Positions 1 to 8,697 of a DNA stretch of 64,000 nt are shown in pieces (positions within the stretch are counted from its first letter, which is position 1; the number at the start of each line of letters is the position of its first letter). Source of the DNA: an uncultured Pseudomonadota bacterium (GTDB lineage: Bacteria > Pseudomonadota > Alphaproteobacteria > RF32 > CAG-239). The position numbers were made by a program, and so were the translations under genes. The stretch is taken from contig CACWQS010000001.1 in assembly GCA_902763155.1 (NCBI GenBank), positions 30,878 to 94,877 on the forward strand, in the 5' to 3' direction. The notes beneath the pieces were generated by a model, which saw only the letters and a program-made list of their open reading frames with translations, searched no databases and was not told where the DNA came from.

Positions 1-1
1 T

Positions 2-418
2 ATAAACTATTTGATGAATATAGAAGAATTAGGCGCTACTTTAATTGCCTTAGGTATAGATATAGATACTTGTGATGAAAAAGAATTTGAATATAAAAGC
101 TCGAAAGAAGCGCGAGAATTTGCCCTAACCGGCGGAGTGGCAAAATCGGTGCAAGCGGCATGGAAGGGGGAAGCCGGTGCCGTTAAACCGGTAATAATAA
201 ACGGATTGGATAAGGCGGCTATCAGAGATTTAAGAATGTATGCCAAAAACGGTAATTGTCCTGCCGGTAATCTGATAGAAGTTATGTGTTGCCAAGGCGG
301 ATGTATTGCCGGTAATGCCTGTTTATCCCCTATAAAAGAAGCATTTAAAAAGATTTCCGACTACGGAGCGAAGGCTCAATCGTTGGAAGAAAGGAAGGAT
401 TTAAATGACAAGCGTTAA
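2..418 (+). CDS. C-terminal fragment of an [FeFe]-hydrogenase-like / iron-sulfur cluster protein; the 5' end runs off the window start
   Basis: The frame is open from position 2. The motif EVMCCQGGCIAGNAC resembles the C-terminal H-cluster region of HydA/Nar1-family proteins (EVMACPGGC...). It overlaps the adhE start by 14 nt. Confidence 0.35.
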   Translation: MNYLMNIEELGATLIALGIDIDTCDEKEFEYKSSKEAREFALTGGVAKSVQAAWKGEAGAVKPVIINGLDKAAIRDLRMYAKNGNCPAGNLIEVMCCQGGCIAGNACLSPIKEAFKKISDYGAKAQSLEERKDLNDKR

Positions 419-2999
419 AACTTTAGAAGACTTAGATAAACTTCTTGATAGAGTTCATATTGCTCAAAATAAGTTTGCCACATTTTCGGAAGCAAAAGTT
501 GATGAAATTTTTAAGGCGGCAGCAATGGCGGCTAATAAAATGCGCATTGAGTTGGCTGAAATGGCGGTTGAAGAAACCGGTATGGGGGTATTGGAAGATA
601 AAGTTATCAAAAATCATTTTGCTTCGGAATACATCTATAATAAACACAAAGGTATTAAAACTTGCGGTATTATCAGCCAAGATAAAATTAACGGGACTAA
701 AATAGTGGCGGCACCGCTTGGGGTGCTTGCCGGTATTGTGCCAACGACAAACCCTACTTCTACGGCTATTTTTAAATCGCTTATTTGCCTAAAAACCAGA
801 AACGGCATAGTTTTTTCACCACATCCGAAAGCAAAAAAATCGACTATTGCTGCAGCAAAAGTTGTTTTAGATGCCGCAGTAAAAGCAGGTGCTCCTGAGG
901 ATATTATCGGTTGGATTGACGAACCTTCGGTTGAGCTGTCGAGCGCATTAATGCAACATCCGAAAGTGCAGGGAATTTTGGCGACCGGTGGGCCGGGGAT
1001 GGTTAAGGCGGCTTATTCCAGCGGCAAACCGGCATTGGGTGTAGGTGCCGGTAATACGCCGGCAATTATTGATGAAACGGCAGACATAAAGTTGGCAGTA
1101 TCGTCGATTTTGTTATCCAAAACTTTTGATAACGGAATGATTTGTGCTTCGGAGCAGTCGGTAATTGTGGTAAAAGATGTTTACGAAGAGGTTAAAAAAG
1201 AATTTGTATATCGCGGCGCGTATCTTTTAAATAAGAAAGAGGCCGAAGCGTTGGGAAAAATCATTTTGACAGATAAAGGTGTGAATGCCGGTATAGTTGG
1301 GCAGACTGCCTATAAAATCGCCGAATTAGCCGGTATTAAAGTACCAAGCGATACGAAAATTTTGCTGGCAGAACAAACAGATTACAGCGCTAAAAATCCG
1401 TATGCTCATGAGAAACTGTCTCCGATTTTAACAATGTATAAGGCTGATGATTTTGAAAAAGCGACAGATATTGCTTTAGCTCTGGTTAATATCGGCGGTT
1501 TAGGGCATACATCGGCTCTATATACAGATGCAAGAGTTCAAGACAGGATTGATATGTATGCCCAAAAAATGCCGACAGGACGTATTCTAATCAATTCTCC
1601 GTCTTCGCAAGGCGGTATCGGAGATTTGTATAATTTTCGCTTGGAACCATCGTTGACTTTGGGTTGCGGTTCTTGGGGAGAAAATTCGGTAAGTGAAAAT
1701 ATCGGTGTAAAACATTTATTAAATTATAAGACGGTTGCAGAAAGGAGAGAGAATATGTTGTGGTTCAGAGTGCCTCCGAAAATCTATTTCAAACGCGGTT
1801 CAACCGAACTGGCGTTACGTGAATATGTCGAAAAGAAAAGGGCGTTTGTGGTTACGGACAGATTTTTGTTTGATTCCGGAGCAACGCGTGCAATAACTGA
1901 TGTTTTTGAAGATATGAATATCGATTATCAAATTTTCTTTGATGTTCAACCGGACCCGACAATATCTACAGCCAAGCAGGTAATGGCCACGGTAAATGCG
2001 TATCAACCGGATTTGATTGTGGCATTAGGCGGTGGTTCGCCGATGGATGTAGCTAAGATTATTTGGTTGTTATATGAGCAGCCTGATACGAATTTTGAAG
2101 ATATATCCATGCGTTTTATGGATATCAGAAAGCGCATATGCTCTATTCCGGAATTAGGAAAAAAAGCGGACTTGGTTTGTATTCCGACGACATCAGGTAC
2201 CGGTTCGGAAGTTACTCCGTTTTCGGTTATTACCGATGATGAAACGCATGTAAAATATGCTATTGCCGATTATGCTCTGACACCTAAAATGGCAATTATT
2301 GATGCCAACTATGTTGATAATATGCCGAAAGGATTGACCGCTGCCGGAGGGATTGATGCATTGGTTCATGCCTTAGAATCTTATGTATCGGTTATGGCAA
2401 CCAACTACACAAATTCACTGGCTCTGGAAGCCATTAAGCAAATTTTCCGTTATTTGCCGGCGGCGTATAACAAGGGAGCAAATGATCCGATAGCCAGAGA
2501 AAAAATGCACAATGCCGCAACTATTGCCGGTATGGCCTTTGCTAATGCTTTTTTAGGGGTTTGCCATTCTATGGCTCATAAATTGGGAGCTATGTATAAC
2601 ATTCCACACGGAATAGCTAATGCACTGTTGATTTGTCAGGTCATTCGGTTTAATGCGACAGATTGCCCGAAAAAACAAGCAGTGTTTCCGCAGTATATAG
2701 CTCCGGAAGCCAAAAAAAGGTATGGGCAAATTGCACACGTGTTATATTTGGCAGATGAAAATGTTTCCGATGATGAAAAAGTGGAACGTTTACTACAAGC
2801 TATTGCTAAGCTGAAGGAGGAAATCGGCATACCTAAGTCCATTCGTGAATGGGGTGTAGATGAAAAGCTTTTCAAGCAAAATTTAGATGAGTTAGTCAGA
2901 TTGGCATTTGATGACCAGTGTACGGGGGCAAATCCGGTATATCCGCTGATGAGCGATATTAAGCAGATGTATCTTGATGCTTATGAAGGAAAATATTAA
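405..2999 (+). CDS. adhE: Bifunctional acetaldehyde-CoA / alcohol dehydrogenase (AdhE), 864 aa
   Basis: Full-length two-domain architecture. The N-terminal aldehyde dehydrogenase domain has the ...GPGMVKAAYSSGKPALGVGAGNTP... motif and the C-terminal iron-dependent ADH domain has GGGSPMDVAKI and His-rich motifs. A GAAAGGAAGGA ribosome-binding site lies upstream. Confidence 0.95.
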   Translation: MTSVKTLEDLDKLLDRVHIAQNKFATFSEAKVDEIFKAAAMAANKMRIELAEMAVEETGMGVLEDKVIKNHFASEYIYNKHKGIKTCGIISQDKINGTKIVAAPLGVLAGIVPTTNPTSTAIFKSLICLKTRNGIVFSPHPKAKKSTIAAAKVVLDAAVKAGAPEDIIGWIDEPSVELSSALMQHPKVQGILATGGPGMVKAAYSSGKPALGVGAGNTPAIIDETADIKLAVSSILLSKTFDNGMICASEQSVIVVKDVYEEVKKEFVYRGAYLLNKKEAEALGKIILTDKGVNAGIVGQTAYKIAELAGIKVPSDTKILLAEQTDYSAKNPYAHEKLSPILTMYKADDFEKATDIALALVNIGGLGHTSALYTDARVQDRIDMYAQKMPTGRILINSPSSQGGIGDLYNFRLEPSLTLGCGSWGENSVSENIGVKHLLNYKTVAERRENMLWFRVPPKIYFKRGSTELALREYVEKKRAFVVTDRFLFDSGATRAITDVFEDMNIDYQIFFDVQPDPTISTAKQVMATVNAYQPDLIVALGGGSPMDVAKIIWLLYEQPDTNFEDISMRFMDIRKRICSIPELGKKADLVCIPTTSGTGSEVTPFSVITDDETHVKYAIADYALTPKMAIIDANYVDNMPKGLTAAGGIDALVHALESYVSVMATNYTNSLALEAIKQIFRYLPAAYNKGANDPIAREKMHNAATIAGMAFANAFLGVCHSMAHKLGAMYNIPHGIANALLICQVIRFNATDCPKKQAVFPQYIAPEAKKRYGQIAHVLYLADENVSDDEKVERLLQAIAKLKEEIGIPKSIREWGVDEKLFKQNLDELVRLAFDDQCTGANPVYPLMSDIKQMYLDAYEGKY

Positions 3000-3143
3000 C
3001 TATACTTTGTTTAAGTAGAAGATGCTTTTTTTAGAGTGTGTGTTGTGAATTTATATTTTTATAATAGTGTTATTACCCTTATCAAACTTATTGTATTAAT
3101 GCACTATAGATTTTTCAAAAGGTTTATTTGATGATATTTATAG

Positions 3144-3182
3144 AAAAATCTGCAGAAGCAATATTACTTCTGCAGATTTTTT
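3144..3182. terminator. Bidirectional rho-independent terminator between convergent adhE and mscL
   Basis: aaaaatctgcagaag-caatatta-cttctgcagatttttt: an 11-bp perfect stem flanked by an A-run and a T-run. Confidence 0.7.
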
Positions 3183-3197
3183 CTAACTTACAAAAAC

Positions 3198-3626
3198 TTA
3201 TTTAATTTCCGAAGTGCAATGCGGGCAACGTGTTGCTTCCAACGGAATATCGCTGCAGCAATACGGGCATTTCTTGGTTGTCGGGGCAGCCGCAGCTGCA
3301 GCATCGGCTTCATCTTTCAACATTTTAGCTTGCAACGTGTTAATCGCCTTAATCAAAATAAACACGGCAAAAGCAACAATAATGAAACTGATAACTGTAT
3401 TTAAAAACGCACCGTATTTAATGGTCACACCTTCAGTTAAATCAATAGCTAAATCAGAAAAATCAACCTTGCCTAAAGCCCACCCGATTGGCGGCATAAT
3501 CACATCTTCAACCAGAGAAGTTACAATTTTGCCGAATGCGGCACCGATGATGATACCTACAGCCATATCCATCACATTACCGCGCATGGCAAATGTTTTG
3601 AATTCGTTAAAAAAGTTCTTAATCAT
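3198..3626 (-). CDS. mscL: Large-conductance mechanosensitive channel MscL with a C-terminal CxxC...CxxC zinc-ribbon-like extension
   Basis: The N-terminus [48 protein letters not shown] is near-identical in pattern to E. coli MscL. The C-terminus [25 protein letters not shown] is atypical. Confidence 0.9.
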   Translation of the reverse strand: MIKNFFNEFKTFAMRGNVMDMAVGIIIGAAFGKIVTSLVEDVIMPPIGWALGKVDFSDLAIDLTEGVTIKYGAFLNTVISFIIVAFAVFILIKAINTLQAKMLKDEADAAAAAAPTTKKCPYCCSDIPLEATRCPHCTSEIK

Positions 3627-3644
3627 AATCTTATTCCTTTCTTA

Positions 3645-4901
3645 TTATTGATAAATAGGAAAATCGCGACATAAAGCCACAATTTTTTGTTTTGTTTGCG
3701 CAATTACCTCATCGGCATTGCCGCGAGCCAATGCATCGACCACATCGCCGATGCAGTTTCCAATCAGCTCAAATTCTTTTTCTTTAAATCCGCGAGTTGT
3801 ACCGGCCGGTGTTCCCAAACGCACACCTGAAGTAATTGTAGGCGGCTGCGGATCAAACGGAATGGCATTTTTATTGCAAGTGATATGTGCCTTTTCAAGC
3901 GCTGTGGTTACCACATCGCCGGTTAATCCTTTCGGGCGCAAATCAACGAGAACCAAGTGCGTATCGGTGCCGCCGGAAACAAGTGCCAAACCGCGTTTAA
4001 TCAGCGTTTCGCCGAGTACTTTGGCATTTTTAATTATTTGTGCGGCATAGTCCTTAAACTGCGGTGTTAAATCTTCGCCAAAACAAACGGCCTTACCGGC
4101 AATAACATGTTCCAACGGACCGCCTTGAGTTCCCGGAAATACGGCAGAGTTAATCTTTTTATAAAGTTCGGCATTGTTGGTTAAAATCATACCGCCGCGC
4201 GGGCCGCGTAAAGTTTTATGCGTGGTTGTTGTTACCACATCAGCCAAATTCAGCGGGTTCGGATGCACACCACCGGCAACTAAACCGGCAAAATGCGCCA
4301 TATCCACCATCAAATATGCCCCAACTTTATCGGCAATAGCACGGAATTTGGCAAAATCTATTTGACGAGGGTAGGCGGAACCACCTGCAACAATGACTTT
4401 CGGCTTATATTCCAACGCCAGTTTTTCTGTCGCATCATAGTCAATCAATCCGCTATCTTTACATACACCGTATTGCACTGCCTTAAACATTTTACCGGAA
4501 AGCGACACTTTAGAACCATGCGTTAAATGTCCGCCGGCATCCAAACTCATGCCCATCAGCGTATCGCCCGGCTTCATCAGCGCCACATACACAGCCATAT
4601 TGGCCTGAGAGCCGGAATGCGGCTGCACGTTGACATATTTGGCACCAAACAGCTTTTTGGCACGTTCTTGCGCCAAAACTTCGACTTCATCAATAAATTC
4701 GCAACCGCAATAATAGCGATGAGCCGGATATCCTTCGGCATATTTATTGGTCAGAATCGAGCCTTGTGCTTCCATTACCGCCCTTGATACAATATTTTCC
4801 GAGGCAATCAACTCCACCTGATCTTGTTGGCGTTTCAATTCCTTTTGAATAATATTCCAGATGTCGGCATCTTCCGTTTTTAAGTTTTGTTCAAAATCCA
4901 T
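3645..4901 (-). CDS. glyA: Serine hydroxymethyltransferase
   Basis: 418 aa with a [14 protein letters not shown]-lysine motif. The SHMT N-terminus is conserved. Confidence 0.95.
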   Translation of the reverse strand: MDFEQNLKTEDADIWNIIQKELKRQQDQVELIASENIVSRAVMEAQGSILTNKYAEGYPAHRYYCGCEFIDEVEVLAQERAKKLFGAKYVNVQPHSGSQANMAVYVALMKPGDTLMGMSLDAGGHLTHGSKVSLSGKMFKAVQYGVCKDSGLIDYDATEKLALEYKPKVIVAGGSAYPRQIDFAKFRAIADKVGAYLMVDMAHFAGLVAGGVHPNPLNLADVVTTTTHKTLRGPRGGMILTNNAELYKKINSAVFPGTQGGPLEHVIAGKAVCFGEDLTPQFKDYAAQIIKNAKVLGETLIKRGLALVSGGTDTHLVLVDLRPKGLTGDVVTTALEKAHITCNKNAIPFDPQPPTITSGVRLGTPAGTTRGFKEKEFELIGNCIGDVVDALARGNADEVIAQTKQKIVALCRDFPIYQ

Positions 4902-4907
4902 CTTTTT

Positions 4908-5336
4908 CTACTCCATAATATCCATTTTATCCAAACGACGTTGGTGCCTTCCACCTTCATATACCGCTTGCATAAAAGTATCAATATATTTAATGACGTC
5001 ATCAACAGTCATTGTTCTTCCGCCAAAGACGAGAATATTGGCATTGTTATGCTCTTTGGCGAGGCGTGCCACTTCTTTACTGTAAATCAGCGCGGCGCGA
5101 ATACCTTTGTAGCGATTCGCCGCGATAGAAATTCCCACGCCGGTTCCGCAAATCAAAATTCCCAGATCTGCCGTTTTATTTTGGATGGCGTGAACCATTT
5201 TCTGCGCCACATCCGGATAATCAACCGACTCGGAGTTGTAGGTTCCCAAATCCGATAAATTCAGGTCGGTATAGTGTTTTTTTAAGGCTTCTTTCAAGTC
5301 GTATCCGCCATGGTCGGCGGCAATAGCTATATTCAT
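4908..5336 (-). CDS. rpiB: Ribose-5-phosphate isomerase B (RpiB/LacAB family)
   Basis: 142 aa with MNIAIAADHGGYDLKE...ICGTGVGISIAANR. It lies 6 nt upstream of glyA on the same strand. Confidence 0.9.
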   Translation of the reverse strand: MNIAIAADHGGYDLKEALKKHYTDLNLSDLGTYNSESVDYPDVAQKMVHAIQNKTADLGILICGTGVGISIAANRYKGIRAALIYSKEVARLAKEHNNANILVFGGRTMTVDDVIKYIDTFMQAVYEGGRHQRRLDKMDIME

Positions 5337-5447
5337 TTTTTTCTCCCAAAATATACCTAACTATATAATAAATAAGTAAAATTAAACCCAAAAAAAGTTA
5401 CTTTTACACAAGCATTAAAAAAAAGTGCAAAAAATTAAAAAAAAAGA

Positions 5448-5476
5448 TTGACGTTTGCTAAAAAATAGGTATATAT
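5448..5476 (+). promoter_or_regulatory. Putative sigma70-type promoter for the tRNA-Cys/tRNA-Asn unit
   Basis: A TTGACG -35 element, a 17-nt spacer, and an AT-rich -10 element (ATATAT/TATATG), roughly 40 nt upstream of tRNA-Cys. Confidence 0.35.
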
Positions 5477-5513
5477 GGTTTTTGTTGAGTGAGATTGGTC
5501 CGCAAACGTGAAT

Positions 5514-5588
5514 GGCCGGTTGGCAGAATGGCTCATGCAGAGGATTGCAAATCCTTCTATATCGGTTCAATTCCGGTACCGGCCTCCA
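5514..5588 (+). tRNA. tRNA-Cys (anticodon GCA)
   Basis: The 7-bp acceptor stem GGCCGGT/ACCGGCC, the anticodon loop tt-GCA-aa, the T-loop GGTTCAATTCC, and an encoded 3' CCA were hand-folded. Confidence 0.85.
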
Positions 5589-5595
5589 AGATTAT

Positions 5596-5670
5596 TCCGA
5601 CTTAGCTCAGCGGTAGAGCAATCGGCTGTTAACCGATTGGTCGTTGGTTCGAATCCGACAGTCGGAGCCA
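5596..5670 (+). tRNA. tRNA-Asn (anticodon GTT)
   Basis: The acceptor stem TCCGACT/AGTCGGA, the anticodon stem-loop ATCGG-CTGTTAA-CCGAT, the T-arm GTTGG-TTCGAAT-CCGAC, a discriminator G, and an encoded CCA were identified. Confidence 0.85.
5652..5670 (+). repeat. Direct-repeat copy 1 (tRNA-Asn 3' end, aatccgacagtcggagcca)
   Basis: It is identical to the 19-mer at 6295..6313. Both copies are followed by a similar terminator hairpin. Confidence 0.8.
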
Positions 5671-5679
5671 ATAAAAAAA

Positions 5680-5704
5680 GACCTCCCTTTGGGGAGGTTT
5701 TTTT
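5680..5704 (+). terminator. Rho-independent terminator after tRNA-Asn
   Basis: acctccc-ttt-gggaggt followed by a T7 run. Confidence 0.6.
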
Positions 5705-5913
5705 GTTGCTTTCAGATGACGAGATGAGAACCAATAGAAGTTGGTTCGACTACAAGGCAAAGGCAGACGGGAGTATGCCGGTCGCATTTAGGTAATGAGT
5801 GAAAGGAAAAGTCTCTGGTACACATTAGCATTATTATTGAAAAATACTTGCAAGACTGGCGTGAGCGTGATAGATTAAAAGGCAGAATTTGGTAATCTGT
5901 TAGGAAAATAATA

Positions 5914-6213
5914 ATGCAGAAAATAATAACCGCAGCGAAACATATATTGATTTTTATAGTATCTTTACTAATTACAACAGGATTTACGGTCGGTATTGTT
6001 TCTGCTTTAATTTTACCAGTGTCTGATGAAAATATAATTTCATTCTTCGGTATAAATAAAAAAGAATTTATACAGTACATTTCAGAACTTTTTGCTTGGG
6101 CTTTTATTTTGACGTATTTATTCAAAAATAAAATATCAAACAGAGTGTATTTTATTCTTATTTATTTGTCGTTGTGCGCAATTTTGTTATTTGTACCGAT
6201 GCTGTTGGGGTAA
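5914..6213 (+). CDS. Small hypothetical membrane protein (99 aa, 3 predicted TM helices) inside the tRNA-Asn-flanked insert
   Basis: An ORF with strongly hydrophobic segments. It has no recognisable family and is AT-rich. Confidence 0.3.
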   Translation: MQKIITAAKHILIFIVSLLITTGFTVGIVSALILPVSDENIISFFGINKKEFIQYISELFAWAFILTYLFKNKISNRVYFILIYLSLCAILLFVPMLLG

Positions 6214-6294
6214 TATAGTATAGACAAAGGCGAGCGGCAGAACGCCGGTCGGCGATAAGCCGATTGCCGCAATGAAACGAGCTTAAGCGAGGAT

Positions 6295-6313
6295 AATCCG
6301 ACAGTCGGAGCCA
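6295..6313 (+). repeat. Direct-repeat copy 2: a partial tRNA-Asn 3' end (T-arm 3' half, acceptor 3' strand and CCA) without the 5' part of the tRNA
   Basis: An exact 19-nt match to 5652..5670. The upstream sequence does not fold as a tRNA. Confidence 0.8.
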
Positions 6314-6321
6314 TAAAGAAA

Positions 6322-6346
6322 AGCCACCCCTTGCGGGTGGTTTTTT
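6322..6346. terminator. Bidirectional terminator (ccaccc-cttgc-gggtgg plus a T6 run), similar in structure but not in sequence to the one after tRNA-Asn
   Basis: A hairpin with flanking A-rich and T-rich runs. It lies 20 nt downstream of the aas stop on the opposite strand. Confidence 0.55.
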
Positions 6347-6366
6347 ACCTTCCTAAATACTTTAAT

Positions 6367-8544
6367 CTAAGCTGCAACTGATTGTAATTCGGCCAAGACC
6401 TCTTTTTTCAGCGTTACGTTATCAATCTTGCCGGTGGCCGAGGTCGGAATTTTATCCTTATACAAAATCACTCGCGGCATATACAGTTCCGGATAGCCGT
6501 TTTGCTTGATAAAATCGCGCAACATATCAGTTGTCAGGCTCGGTTCGTTAGTTACCACCACGATTTGCTCGCCTTTGTGTTCGTGCGGAACGGCCACCAC
6601 GCCGCAGCAAAAGTCTTCTTTGCCTTCAAAAGCCTTGGTAATCATATTTTCTACCGCACGCAGAGATACCATTTCTCCACCGATTTTAGCAAAGCGCTTA
6701 ATTCGGTCTTTGATGCTGATAAAGCCGATTTCATCAATTTCGACCACATCGCCGGTATGATACCAACCATCTTCCGGCGGCACCAAAACCCCCGGATTAT
6801 CGGCCATAATGTATCCGGCCATCACATTCGGGCCTTTAACCACCAACTCGCCGCCGTTTTCGATACCGTCAACCTTATCAAGCCGACATTGCATCCCCGG
6901 ACAAAGCTTGCCGATGGTTCCGAATTTGTTAAATACCATGTTGTTCCCCGCTACTGCCGGCGAACATTCGGTAGTTCCGTAAGCTTCCATCAGGCGAACG
7001 CCCAATTTTTCGTTCAAAATATTGCGCGTATCGAGTTTAACCCCTTCGGCGCCGGCATAGCACAAACGCAAAGTGCCGAAATCAAGCGGGTGCGAAATCT
7101 TGGCATAGCTGCGGAAAAACGTGTCGGTTCCAATCATTACCGTAGCGCCAAGTTCATACAATAAGTCGCTGATAATGCGGAAATGCAATGGGGAAGGGTA
7201 AAGAAACACCTTTGCCCCCTGATACAACGCATACAGCGTACCCAAAACCAACCCGAAGCTATGGAAAATCGGCATGGAATTAAGCACCACGTCAGTACGA
7301 TTGAGCGTTTCAAAGGTGGCAATTTGCCAAACATTGGAAATTACATTCCGGTTGGAAAGAACTACTGCTTTCGGGGCACCTTCGGAGCCGGAAGTAAATA
7401 AAATCACGGCACGATCGTCAGGAGTTGCCTTATACGGAACATATTTCACTTTATATTGCAACAAAGCCAAAATCTTGGCAAAAATCGAGATTTTTTTAGC
7501 TTCTTCTTCCAAATAGCAAACCTCAAAACCATTCTCTTTTATGGCTTCTACCACCTCTTCAAGTCCGGCTTTTTTAACAAACATTTTGGAAGTAATAACC
7601 TTTTTGCAAAGGGTACTCTTCAGTCCGCTGACGATATTTTTGACGCCGGCGCTGAAATTAAGCATTACCGGTACTTGACCGTAGGCATTCAGTCCGAAAA
7701 ATGTGCAAATTGCTGCTACCGAATTCGGCAACATTATTGCTACAGATTCCTGATGTGCGGCATTTTTATGGAAGTGCCGCCCGAGAACGTAAGATGCCAG
7801 CATGATATCTTTGAAACTTTTCGGCTTGCGGGTAATATCTTCAAGCACCTTAGGACGCTTAAAACCGAAGGCCTTTTTAGCGTGGATTTTGGCCGCTTTA
7901 ATCAGTTGCGTAAATACCGTAAGTTGCGGATTATACATAGCTTCAAAGGCTTGTTCACGCATAATCATATAGATTTCGTTGGAAATATGGTTACGTTGAT
8001 GGCGCAGTTCGTCTTTGAGCTTTAACGGTCTCGGGGCATCGACCACAATTTTAACTTTCGGGAAATAGCGGTGCGGCAAGCGTCCTCTGGTCTTTGAAAA
8101 ATGGCAATATTGCAAGCCGTTAATCCAAATCGGGATAACCGGAGAATCGGTTTTATCGGCGAGCAAGCCGGCACCTTCATAAATCTTCATAATATTGCCG
8201 TTTAAGGTCATTCTTCCTTCAGGAAACATCACACAAAGACGGCCGGAATTAACTAAAGAAATGAGTTGTTTCAAATCAGGAATATCAATATTGCCGTATT
8301 CAACCACATCGGCGGTTTTCATCAATAAACGCACCCAATAGCTGCGGTACAGTTGTCCGTGCAACGCGAAAACCGGATTTCCCGGTAAAAAAGCAAACAA
8401 CACAATCGGATCAACATAAGAAACGTGGTTAGATATATACAATCCTTTGGTTGGCAGTTTTGAAATGTCAAAACGCATTTCAAAACGAACCTTAAAAAGT
8501 CTGAAAAAACAACGCAAACAAAAACGAACAAAATCACGCATCAT
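6367..8544 (-). CDS. aas: Bifunctional 2-acylglycerophosphoethanolamine acyltransferase / acyl-ACP synthetase (Aas-like)
   Basis: The N-terminal PlsC-type acyltransferase has an HX4D motif (NHVSYVD) and the C-terminal AMP-binding domain has TSGSEGAPKAV. The start was chosen at ATGATG (MMRDF...), which is preceded by a GGGAG ribosome-binding site. The ORF is open up to 8631, which is an alternative start. Confidence 0.75.
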   Translation of the reverse strand: MMRDFVRFCLRCFFRLFKVRFEMRFDISKLPTKGLYISNHVSYVDPIVLFAFLPGNPVFALHGQLYRSYWVRLLMKTADVVEYGNIDIPDLKQLISLVNSGRLCVMFPEGRMTLNGNIMKIYEGAGLLADKTDSPVIPIWINGLQYCHFSKTRGRLPHRYFPKVKIVVDAPRPLKLKDELRHQRNHISNEIYMIMREQAFEAMYNPQLTVFTQLIKAAKIHAKKAFGFKRPKVLEDITRKPKSFKDIMLASYVLGRHFHKNAAHQESVAIMLPNSVAAICTFFGLNAYGQVPVMLNFSAGVKNIVSGLKSTLCKKVITSKMFVKKAGLEEVVEAIKENGFEVCYLEEEAKKISIFAKILALLQYKVKYVPYKATPDDRAVILFTSGSEGAPKAVVLSNRNVISNVWQIATFETLNRTDVVLNSMPIFHSFGLVLGTLYALYQGAKVFLYPSPLHFRIISDLLYELGATVMIGTDTFFRSYAKISHPLDFGTLRLCYAGAEGVKLDTRNILNEKLGVRLMEAYGTTECSPAVAGNNMVFNKFGTIGKLCPGMQCRLDKVDGIENGGELVVKGPNVMAGYIMADNPGVLVPPEDGWYHTGDVVEIDEIGFISIKDRIKRFAKIGGEMVSLRAVENMITKAFEGKEDFCCGVVAVPHEHKGEQIVVVTNEPSLTTDMLRDFIKQNGYPELYMPRVILYKDKIPTSATGKIDNVTLKKEVLAELQSVAA

Positions 8545-8697
8545 GGCATTTTCTCCCAAAATATCCAAACGTGCGGTCAGTATATTATATTTTATTTTGT
8601 GTGTAAAGGACGATATGGCAGAAATACCCATTGACGGTGGAAATATTGTGTGGTATAAGGAGATTGAATAAAAATTATAAATATATTATTAGAAACT

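Noticed and set aside
432-705. ORFs antisense to or out of frame within adhE (432..680 on the minus strand, and 445..705 on the plus strand in an alternate frame)
   Set aside because: They lie fully inside the well-supported adhE coding frame. They are short and have no ribosome-binding site, so they are typical spurious ORFs in AT-rich DNA.
3214-3651. Plus-strand ORFs (145 aa and 61 aa) overlapping mscL
   Set aside because: They are the antisense frame of a clearly conserved MscL and have low-complexity translations.
5508-5795. 95-aa ORF spanning the tRNA-Cys/tRNA-Asn genes
   Set aside because: The region folds into two canonical tRNAs with CCA ends and a terminator. A protein-coding reading is implausible.
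6221-6313. Possible tmRNA (ssrA) or second intact tRNA ending in ...gtcggagcca
   Set aside because: Only the T-arm 3' half and acceptor 3' strand are present. There is no matching 5' acceptor strand upstream. The discriminator G and the lack of a G-U Ala identity pair argue against a tmRNA tRNA-like domain. It is interpreted as a duplicated tRNA-Asn 3' end.
6502-8025. Several 70-220-aa plus-strand ORFs inside the aas gene
   Set aside because: They are antisense to a long conserved Aas-like ORF and have no independent support.
8545-8631. N-terminal 29-aa extension of the aas ORF (MGISAISSFTHKIKYNILTARLDILGENA)
   Set aside because: It has no ribosome-binding site. The downstream ATGATG start has a GGGAG site and yields a length close to E. 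coli Aas. It is kept only as an alternative start.
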